Shown: one piece after another, positions 41,540 through 51,850 of the stretch
Layout of the letters: the number at the start of each line of letters is the position of its first letter
Numbering within the stretch: the stretch's first letter is position 1
Assembly: GCF_009834535.1 (NCBI RefSeq)
Contig: NC_045697.1
Coordinates: 66,838,001 to 66,902,000 of the forward strand
DNA: 64,000 nt
Direction: 5' to 3'
Source of the DNA: Camelus ferus
Taxonomy: Eukaryota
Position numbers and translations under genes: made by a program
Notes under the pieces: model-generated
The model's input: the letters and a program-made list of their open reading frames with translations, nothing else
What the model was told of the DNA's origin: nothing
The model's database searches: none

Positions 41540-41730
41540 CAGGCAGCCACGTGAGTCCAGGCGTGCTCATCCGCTCGGTTCTGTGACACTGGGCATGTTT
41601 TGACCTCTTGACTCAATTTGCTTCCCTTGCAGATAAGAACAATACTTCTCTCTGCTGTGTGCGTCAGTTCTGAAGAGGAAGTGAAATGATCCATGCGCCA
41701 AGCATGAGGTGAGCACTCAACTACTACTGA
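41540..41730 (+). mobile_element. MIR SINE just downstream of the BMPR1B polyA signal
   Basis: ctgtgacactgggcatgttttgacctcttgactcaatttgcttcccttgcagataag. Confidence 0.55.
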
Positions 41731-43914
41731 ATAGTAGCTGTTACTGCAGACTTTGTGAAGCTTTATGACTTTACTTTTTCATCAGTGACCCAAAACAGGC
41801 AGTGGAGACTGTGGCCTGGATTCATTCGCGGGAGGCGCAAGGCATCAGGCCCAGGTGGCAAGGGTCGTGGGAGATCAGAATTACCACCCTCGGGGGTGGC
41901 TCACGTGGTCCAGGGGTGGGAGGTGATGAAAGAGGAGGCAGCTGATAGGCTGAAAGAAGCAGGTCAAAGGACAGGGAGCTGCGCCGGGGTGGAGGGGGTG
42001 GAGGGGGTGTGGGCGCAGTTCCTGGGAAGGGGGCTGTGTTCAGAGTCAGGATTCCAAAGACGGAGCAGCCGGACTGAGGACAGGCTGAAGGTGTGACTAG
42101 AGGGGTGGGCGGATTTAGTTAGCAGACAAGATTGTTGGTGATGAAAGAGGAAGCCAAATGCCAGGCCTGCAGATCTGTCTCTGGATTTTGAAGCCTCCGG
42201 GGATGGCGGCAGTCCAGTGACGAGAAGGTTGTGAGGTGAGATTCTCCAGGGCTGCAGAAGCAGCGGGGCGGAAGCGGAGACAGGCTGGTGGGGCCTGCTG
42301 GCCTGACGTACGGGGGAGCAGGGCTCTGTGCATGGGCGGTGACCTGGAAGCAGCCTAACAGTATGAGAAAGACCCTGTCCTCCCCGCAGCTGTGAGGTCC
42401 TGGGGTGTGGGACCACGAGAGTGTTGCTGGGGTTTCTGAGCCAGTGCCCCTGAGAAGAGAAAACCCTCTGCAGGGAGAGGGGGAAAGTGTTAGATTATTT
42501 TTCCAGGGACTGGACATCCTGGAGGGCAGAGTGGAAAGCGTGGTTTGGAGGGCGTCCTTGGGAGGCGGGTGAGGAGAGAGGGAACCCAGCACGGGTTGGG
42601 CACGGACAGCACAGGAAAGTGTGCATCTCAGTTACCAGGGGCTCCCTGGTTTTTGTGTGATTGGCCGTGTTTAGGCAGCTGCACTTTTGCCCAGAGAATT
42701 CGTCCCTAGCATTAGGACTCAGATTTTACTCCCACCCATGGTTTCACTTTCTCAGTTCTGGGGCAGTACACTGGGACCACGGTCCCCGCCTCGCAGGGCT
42801 CTTGGGAGGAATAGGCGGGGTGACTGTGTGAAGCGCGTGGTGACTCGGGCCAGGCTCACAGCAGGTGCTCGTAAATGCTGCTCTCCTCCCTGGCGTTAGT
42901 TTCACAGGATGTAAAGCTAGCGACATTTACAACAAGCCAGAGTCCGCTGTGGGGACATCCCTCCCACCCTCCCTGCACCCCTCTCCTGTATGCTGTGGGC
43001 CTCCCAGGACTCAAAGGCCGATGGATAGTAAATCCCAGCTGAGGTGAATAGGGTCTTCTCTTGGGACTTTTAAGTTGCAACCTTGGTTCCTTCAGGTCAC
43101 AGCAGGGCACAGGTGACCCCGCTCTCAGAACCTCTCTCCCTGCAGAGCAGTTCCTGCCCTGGGTGGTGGCATTCACTGGCTGGAGGGAGCCCTGGGCTGA
43201 GGAGGGTCTGAGCCGGCCTGTGCTGCTGCAGAGAGCCCATGTCCCAGAACTTTCCAGTGACCGCAACCAGACAGGGGCTCAGGCAGGGGCCTCACGGACT
43301 TGACTTGGAGGGTGTGTGCACCCTTTGCTGGGTTTGGTTTTCCCTATGGGAATCCCGGCCTCCAAAGCAGGGCCCAGCGGACGGTTGTGGGCTGAGTCTG
43401 CGCCACTGTGAGCTTGCTGTGCACAGTGCTGTTTTGTTCTTTGAATTTCTATTCTTCGAATGGAGCTAAATTCCCAGCCGCGGGACCCACTCCTCCCCTC
43501 TCTTTTACCCAGGTTCCACTTCACGTGTGGCCACCACTTCCTCAGCCCCGACACACAGCCAGCTCTGTGACCGGGCTGGACTGAGTCTGAGGTCCGGGGG
43601 CACCGCTGCTCCCCGAGGCTGTGAGGCTGAGGAGGGGCTGGGGCGGGAGCAGCCCGCACAGTCCTCTCACTAAGGACGGGGCCACCGTGTGTCCACTGCG
43701 CACTTGGAGACTTTCTCTGGCTCATCACCCTGAACAGGGGGGCTGGCTGTCCTGGAGCAAGTTGAACAGGCCTGCCTGGGCCTCCCGTTCCCGGTGCCCC
43801 ATTCATTTCCTACCTGCCGGTGCGGCTGTTTGCAGACTTCCTTTAAGTTGGGGTCTCAGAGCGTTGGGCTCCCACTCCTCCTCCCTGGGGCCTCCTGACC
43901 AGCCGTCCCCAGAC

Positions 43915-44092
43915 GTCCTTCTCCCCCTTAACTGCTCACTGGTCTCCTGGGAGCTTAGAAAACTCCCACCGCCCAGGCTACACCCCAGACCCATGAATTA
44001 AGATTCTCTAAGAGTGAGGTCCCAGCAGTGGTATTTTTTTAGATCTCCTAGGGTGATTCCGAGTGTGGAGAGGCCCGAGAAGCATCGTTCTA
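43915..44092. mobile_element. MER5-type MITE
   Basis: cctgggagcttagaaaa...ccaggctacaccccagacccatgaattaagattctct...ggtatttttttagatctccctagggtgattc. Confidence 0.65.
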
Positions 44093-44200
44093 GAACCTCA
44101 TTGTGGCCCCCGGAGAGGCTGTGATGACCATCCCTGCAGAATCCAGGAGGCTTTCTGTCCTACTGAAGGAACACAGTGTGAGTCTTCACACAGAGGAGGC

Positions 44201-44257
44201 TTTATTACAAAGAAACAGGGAGGCGGGACTCTCTGTTGCTTATAAATATAATTTATT
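44201..44257 (-). terminator. UNC5C: Two candidate UNC5C polyadenylation signals (AATAAA at 44252-44257 and 44201-44206)
   Basis: tttatt twice on +; on - there are upstream UGUA motifs and downstream GU-rich sequence (ctgtgtg, ctgtgttcc). Confidence 0.6.
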
Positions 44258-47200
44258 ACCTGTCTAAAAATTCTTCCTTACATTTTATACATGGTGGCTG
44301 ACAGAATAAATGCAGGCAAATTTACAAACCCAGGGTCTGCAGGAAAGACGGGGAGAGGCAGCCGGCGAGAGGGGAGAGGCACGGCCAGGCGGGCATCCCT
44401 CACCCCCGCAGCGGACAGGTCGCCCAGAGAGCACGCGTCCGCTGGGGAGCTTCTGGAAAAGGAATTGCATAGAAGGTGCAGCAGGAGGGAACTCCACCAC
44501 AAAAGAAGTGTTCTGTATCTGAAAAGCCAAGCTTGTGTTGTCGTGTTTAAAGAAAGAAATCCAACCAAGCACAGAACCTTAATCTGACATTTCTGCGGTT
44601 GAACTGTTCCACGGGGAATAGCAGGTGCCCGACACGCCCTTCACAGCGGACTGCTGGGGAGTTTCCTCTGACACACTCTGCTTCTCCTCTTTAGAAAGGG
44701 CGAAGAGGGAGGTCACCAACTTGCAACAGGTCAACATTAAACTCAGTGAACACATACAACACTGTGACATCCAACACACACATACATACACACGCACACA
44801 CAGAGGTGATATTCCCTGCCACTGGGCTACAGTGCATTCTGTCTGGAGAGTGAGGGAATCCCTTCCAAGGGGCGGCCTGGGAAGGGGCGAAGGGGAGAAT
44901 GCAAATCGCACTCAGCTTGTCCTGATCAGCTGTCCTCTTTCTTTCCCAAAGCCTGGAGGAGTGTGCATTTGAATGTATACCCCTATGTTTACAGGTGTCA
45001 TAGGGACTCTGAGCACATACAAGGGCGAAGGCATTTCCCGCTGGCTGTAGATTTTGTGCTCTTTCATGCTGTTCTAAACAGGCATAACATCCAGGACACA
45101 CAGCTCAGGCCATGATTCTCTGAGGTTGTGCTGATGATCAGAGGTCAAGGGCTCATCAATTCTTAGGCTGCTGATCAGCAAAATTTGCCTACGACTCACG
45201 TTCTGAACTCCAGAACTGAGCGTTATTTCACCCCAGGTCGATGCCATCGGGTTTAGCAGCAGCTCTGATTAGTGCCAAGCCCAGCAGACCTTTGGAATTT
45301 AAGGTTGGCATGTAGGATTCAAGCATATTTGTAAAAGATCCTGAAGTGTTAATGGCCTTCAGCAATGCATCCTTTCGCTGAGGCACAATCTGAAATGGCA
45401 TGTTAGAAGGCTGGTGTACAGGAGCAGAGCCTTCAGCTGGTGGGCAGCTGACTGTATCTCAGGGCACCGTTCTTGTTTTCTACTCAACAGCTGGTAGGCC
45501 AAGACTCTTGTGACGTTCTGCAAGGATTCCTGACTTGGGATTCCGGAAGATCTCTGGACAGACCTCTGCGCTGTGCAAGAGTGTAAGTACACGGCAGGCT
45601 GGGAAGCAGCCTCTGACACCCGCTTGGTTTTGTGTGCTCGTGCATTTGTGCAGGCCTGTCTGTCTGCCCTCCTGGCAGCACCTCCCCTGTCTGTGTTAAA
45701 ATAGGGCGAGGCGTGTATGTTACATGTGGTTGAATGAGCCCATTAATATCCCACCTGGAGATCAACACAGGGAGGTGACAAGCCCACTGTAAAGAGAGCC
45801 ATGAACTCTTCTGAAGACAGATGTTTAGAGTAGTATTTCTGAAAATGAGGGCGATCACACAAGGCTGATAAGACTAAAGGATCAGGAAGTTAATTGTTAG
45901 TCTGAGGGGAGACTCGCCCGGTGACATACAAGGCCATCTCCCTACTTTTCAAAAATAGTTGATTTTCAGTCATGAATTCTGGAAATATTTATGATTCCAT
46001 TTGGCTTACTTGACCTGTATGGACACAGGCTTAATTTAACAACGGTTACTATGTATTTATTCCCCTTATGCGTTATTCCATTAAAAAGATCATTAGCGAT
46101 GCAAGGGAACTATTTCAAAGTGATCATTACAGCCAGAGATTAAACAGATGGATTTCTTAGGGTAAAGAAATAGCACTCCATTGCACAGAGGCAAAGTTCT
46201 AAGGATTTCAGTCAACACTAGCTCAGTCAGGTTTAAAAAAAATACACACACAGAAACAATCCAAAGAAGCAAAGTGTAATAGTTGGTCCTATGAGGCACT
46301 CGAAAGGTAAATCAATGTTGTATTTCTTTGAGATAATCAATAATAAAAATATTTTCCTTATGGGATCCATAAAATCTAATGCTCCTTGACCCTTATAATC
46401 ATCTTTACAAATAACTGGCTTTGAGCAAAGGCATTCTGATTCACAAAAGCTCCTCTGTTCTCAAAGAAGATGGATAAAACCTAACTTCACTTTGGCTGTT
46501 TCCAGCCATCCTGTCTCTCATCGGCTTTGGCCTTGCACTGAGCTTCTCCGTGCGAAACTGCTAACTTGTCGAGAACTGTTCAGCAAAAGCCAAAGCTCCC
46601 ATTCAAGCTGAAGACTGAAAACTCGACAAGTGAATGTCTTCCACCTACTTGACGCTCTCCGGCAGGTCAGTACTTTTACTTTCTTTGCCTCCATGGGGGT
46701 GGAGCGTGTAGCGGCAAAGGCTTGTGAATTCTGGGGAGACAGGTGTTCAGCTGCTGCCTTCCCCGGACGTTACTGCCGGAGGGGAAAGCAGACCAGGAGC
46801 ACAGCAAGAGCCTTGTCTGCTCCTCTCCAGAAGTCAGAAATCTCGATTCTACCATTGGGATGTTTACTTTGAAGGCATTTCACTTACAGGAGAAACACCT
46901 CTGTGAAAACACTGCTGACTGTGGATTCCAGGGAGCTGTGGACTCAGTCTCCATGAAGTCTCCCTGAAGAACGGTTCTATGGTTTGAATGCTGGGAGACT
47001 AAAGTCTATAAAGTAACAGTATATATAAAAATGGCTGATGGCTATGCACTTCAGTCACGGACGTCTCACCCCAAATGCGGCCCTGCTTTGGAGGCGCTTA
47101 CATGGCTCATGTGAGGATGGGGATTTTTCTGCGTAGCTGAGGTGAGCAGCCCCGCCTGTGTTCATGCTGTTTATGAAAAGGCTGTTGGCTGTGAGCGCCT

Positions 47201-47842
47201 CGGTGTTACACGTTTGGCATCGCCTTGTGCCTAGTTATCAGTTCTGAATCTAACTTCTGTTCCTCCCAGATCACTTTAAGGAAATCTGCATGAATTTGGT
47301 GAGAGGAAAATGAAAACAGAATGAAACCTCTGCCTTTAGATCTCCAAATTCAGAAGAAAGGAAGCTAATTTCTTCTTGAGTAACAACCACAATTTTCGCT
47401 TCACTGGACATAGTACTTTCATTTGCATATATAAAACTTATTTCTACATGGATGCTTTTTCCACTCCAAAACTAATTGTTAGAGAACTAAAAGATGATTT
47501 AAAACACACAAAGCCCAATGAAAAATATGTGTTAAGAACAACTCTTTAAAAACTGTTTTGTAAAGATTTATATGTATTTCGATAATTTCTATAACCAAAA
47601 TCCAACTTGAGACATGTTGTGTATCAATGAGTAACATACTAGGTTCATAATGACATAATTTTTGATATGGGAAATTCAAGTGAAAAAATGTGAGAATAAG
47701 ACAACTGTACTTGAAGTGAGCCTTTCCCCACACCTGTTTGTCATAAAGGTCCTGTTGACTCTACAGGTTTTCTTTTCTTTTCTTTTGTCAGACAGCTTTT
47801 CCTGAGTTTTTCTACCAAACTCAGGGTAGATAGTGTTGTCCA

Positions 47843-47858
47843 CCACTAGATGGCACCA
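47843..47858 (+). promoter_or_regulatory. CTCF core motif CCACTAGATGGCACCA
   Basis: Matches the CTCF core consensus CCASYAGRKGGCRS at every position; binding is not shown. Confidence 0.7.
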
Positions 47859-49464
47859 GGCACAAGTGGCAGATTTTTTTTTTTCCTTCCAGATGAAGTC
47901 AGCAGCTCTTTCCTCACAAGCTACATAGAAGCGCTAGGAATTAAAGGCAGGACGTGTCACAGAAGGGCTGATGAAGTAACTCCCCATGTGCTGGACTGTT
48001 GAGTCTGCACCTTCTGCATTTGAGAGCAACCTAACAGCTGGTACTTCACTCCTTACAAGAAGGAAATCAGAACTTGCAGTGAAAATTATTTGATGTAAAT
48101 GATGTGTTGGACGTACGGACATGGACATTCAGTTGACAGGGAACATGACGTGATGGGGTCCATGACAGGTAAGTGCCTCACTTACAGGGAATCAACTGTG
48201 CGTCCCGTTTCAGGCGCTGAGAAGTAGAACCAAAAACCACGAAGCACCTGAAGGGAACCCCTCAGGCCCTCAATGGCTGCGAAAATGCAGTTCCTGCTAG
48301 CTTCTGTATTTCTGTTGATGATTTTTTAAGTCAGTTTTGAAATTGATTTATCTGGATACTATCTATTTGCTCCTTTCTACTCTTTGCTTTTTTTTTTTTT
48401 TTTTTAAAGATTTCTAATTGTTGACTTCCACAGATGAGAGTGGCCCAAACCAGTAATAAGCAATCTTGAGAAGTTATTTCAAGATGCAGCAGTGGACAAT
48501 AACTTTCTTTTCTCCTCCTCATTTTTAAAAATTATATATTTAAAATTTGTTCTATGTAGAATAGCTTTACTGTCTTTTGGTCACATACGCATTGCTGTAA
48601 ATGTATTACTATCCACTGAACTTGTTTATTCGTGCAGTCTTTCCCTTTCACAACCAGTGTAATGTATTTTTATATGTGGTACAGGGAGTGGCCTGAAAGA
48701 GAGACTGGGCTGTATCTCTGAGACAGAAGATAAGAAATGAAAGGTATGAAAGAAAAAGCTCCCTATCAAAGTATTAAGTTTCTCAATGATGAGGATGGAA
48801 GAACCTGGGAATATCAAAAGTTACCAAAATAGTTAGGAGAGGAAATTATATGTGGAAAGAAGGGGAAAAATGTATAACATTATTTCTAAATCAAATCCAG
48901 CCAGCAATCTCGATACCTTCAGCCCAAAAGTAAACCACAGGTATGTTTTGAAAGTTCTGATTCATACGTACGGGTGCTTGTTGTTCAGTCTTGACTCTTT
49001 ATTTCCCACCTGCTGAATGAATGGTGTCTCTGTGTTAAAACAAAGAGCCTGTGGTCCTAAGGAAATATCATAGTTACAAAAAGTAGTCTGATGACTGACT
49101 ATTTTTCAGTTAAAAAATTTTTTTAATTAAAAAATTTTTAACCAAAACAGTAATAGAACATAATTTGCAACTAGTCAGAAAGGCAAGTGGTCCCAAGAGA
49201 GGAAAGAAAGTGATGATTAAGAGATGTCATCTCCGGGTGAACAGCATGATGCAATGACACAAAGACGAGACTTGAAAGCATAACAAATATGTTACAAGTT
49301 AGAATAATCATCTTCAAAGTTGGAGCTACTTGAAAGGCATAATGTAGCCTGGGCAAAAGACAGGGTGATTCTTTAAATGATCCAGGTCAGCGTCCATTGT
49401 GATCTTCACAGTGATGAATGAGACTGGAGGCATCACAGTGGAAGTCCAGCATTTTTGAACCTTG

Positions 49465-49630
49465 AGTGGATCTAATCCTACCCCTTCCTTTTACAGGTAA
49501 GGAGACTGAGGTCCAGCGAGGGTAAACGACTCTCCCAAGGTAGCACAGCTAGGCAACAACAAACCCAGAATGAGAACTGGTTTCTTGATTTCCAGGTCAG
49601 AAGCTGTCCCTCCAACCACACTGCCTCCAC
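49465..49630 (-). mobile_element. MIR within the UNC5C 3'UTR
   Basis: ttttacaggtaaggagactgaggtccagcgagggtaaacgactctcccaaggtagcacagct. Confidence 0.7.
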
Positions 49631-50777
49631 AGCAGACAGAGGACCAACAGGCGGCGTGTGGGGCCACGTGACCACAATACCAAGTGAGCTTTCCTGGAGG
49701 TGCGTCCCATGACAAGACTCAGGACAAAGCCCCTTCCTGAGCAAGTGGAAAGAACAGACTGATGAAGTCAGCACGCATGGACCACCTTTCCAGGACAGAG
49801 CGGTGGGAGAAAGGTAAGAGGTCAAGGAAGCGACGCCTGTTTAATTAAAATGGTGACCACGCCCACCCTGTTGCGTGAGAAGGTGCGCGGATCTAGTCAA
49901 TAGCTAAACGCTAACAGTACTGCTAACAAAACAGAAGTTAAAGAAAATCCTTGTACTAGAATACTTGTAAATACTCATCAATAATAATAATGATAATACC
50001 TTTAAAAAAACACTTCAAATTGCATATTACAAACACACATGTTGTGAAGAAACGCTTGTTTGTGTGGCTGAACATGAATCACTGTCTTCCTGCGAGGCTA
50101 CAGCTTTACTCCCCAAGGGTAGGAGGTGGGCGCCCTCAGGGAATAAGGTGTTTTAGCTATTTCTCCTTTACACTTAGATTCCCCATGTCCCTGATACAGA
50201 CAGTAACATGGGTTCTACAAGTTCTAGAAACAGAACACTGATGGGAAGGTTATCTGAGACACTTGATGCACACGATTTGTAGGAAAAGTCTGTGATGTCT
50301 CTGTAAATTACTAATCTGAGAGAGACACAGCAAACCATCCACAGCTTCAACTCCAAATGATTTAAACAAAAATAGAACGAGCCATGGACAATGTCTGCAT
50401 CCCTGTCCAATTTGATGTAAACAACGTTTGTAGAAACTGGGTTTGTTAAGAAAGTTTATCCATATATCTGGATAGCAATAAAAAGCGTTTCCTAGGAAAC
50501 TGTAAGATCCTGTACCACACAGCATACAGCCCAACTAAGAGGAAAATTAGGTTGATTTCTAAATTCAAGATACACATTTGTACAACTGTTCTTAGCTCCG
50601 GTGACGACGTCCAAGCCGGGCGGCCATGGGTAGCGGCAGTCACCTGCCTGCCTTCTCTCTGCTGCGGCCTGGCCTGTGGCGCTCACTGGTCCAGGCTGGG
50701 CTTCCTGCTCAGCTGCACTCCCCTGGGCGGCCGCAGCCCCTGTGATTCTCGTCCTGCACTTTCAGCTCCAGCCTGGG

Positions 50778-50943
50778 TCAATACTGCCCTTCGGCTGCGA
50801 GAGACACTACTGTTTCGTGTCTTCCCATTTCTTCCAAGACAGCTGCCAGCACACTCAGGTTTCCATCTGGGAAGTTCTGTGCTTCCCAAAGATCCAGGAT
50901 GACACCAGTTGGGCTTGATTTGGTGGCAAAGTAATTCAAGTAC
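50778..50943 (-). CDS. UNC5C: UNC5C last coding exon, death domain ([54 protein letters not shown])
   Basis: Minus strand tttacag acceptor, TGA stop (tca at 50778-50780 on +); C-terminus AAEGQY is characteristic of UNC5C. Confidence 0.97.
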
Positions 50944-51671
50944 CTGTAAATGGTAATGGGAAGATGTCCTGAATGGTGTGATTTATGGACCTAGTTTCCT
51001 TTCAGTTTTTACTAAACCTCTTTGTGTCTGCATTTCTTTAAGCATCCTGGTCCCACTTGAGAAACTGTTGCTTACAGTGAGCCATCCTAAATAACTAGCT
51101 CGCTCTTAATTACATCAGCCCCAGACAGGAGACGTGATGTTTAACTTTGTTAACCTCAACTCTGAGTAAGATAATTTAAGAGACAAGATGTCTACGGGTC
51201 ACATCCTAAACAGGAAATCAAGAGACATATGTTTTCTTTCCAGCCCAGGCTCTGAGCATCTTTGACAAGTCACGCCACGCCTTTTGGTTGGTAGTGATGG
51301 CAACGTCCTACAAAGCAGCTCCTGAGGTCTTTTTATAACTTAATAGCAATGCTGTGTTTAGCACGTTACTTACCCATCCAGCATTAGGTCCTACTCAACA
51401 GAGGAGGGACAATAGCTACTGAACGGATGTATTATTTAGGAGGACTTAACTCCCCAGCTTTGCAAAGTGGACTACAAAACTTGATCCTTAAATACATCAG
51501 ATAAGCCCAGGATGTCTCTCAACGTGTCTGCAAGACCACAGTGCCAGATACAAGGTAAGAGCTTAATACATGTTGGTGGAATGGAAAGTAAGTAAATCTA
51601 CAGGTGGAAAAAAAGGAATGTTGCCCAAAACAGCCTGACAGTTACAAGTCCTGGAGCCCGGCCACACCCAC

Positions 51672-51850
51672 CTGTCCAGGTTTAGCTTGTGGGCCAGCAT
51701 CCTCCAGTCATGACCCCTCGTCTGCGGGGCGTCCAGGCTGCTGCAGAGCTTCTGCCGGATCGGCGGAGGGATGCTGAAAGCGCTGGGGCCCGTCATGGTG
51801 GTGATGGTGCTGGCTGGATCCAGCAGAGGCAGATCAGTGCCAGTAGGTTC
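51672..51850 (-). CDS. UNC5C: UNC5C penultimate coding exon, hinge and start of death domain ([36 protein letters not shown]...[13 protein letters not shown])
   Basis: Minus strand ctacag acceptor, AG|gtgggt donor, 179 nt; DWRMLA death-domain motif. Confidence 0.96.

Larger units (their letters stand above)
44180..50777 (-). other. UNC5C: UNC5C long 3'UTR (~6.5 kb, end approximate)
   Basis: Repeat-poor sequence from the stop to two minus-strand AATAAA (tttatt at 44201 and 44252); a MER5 element follows beyond. Confidence 0.65.

Noticed and set aside
41755..44001. Many overlapping 100-175 aa ORFs in the intergenic gap (e.g. 43279..43806, 42119..42592, 41964..42416)
   Set aside because: GC-rich, stop-poor sequence gives ORFs in several frames on both strands; no recognisable domain or exon structure, and partly repeat-derived.
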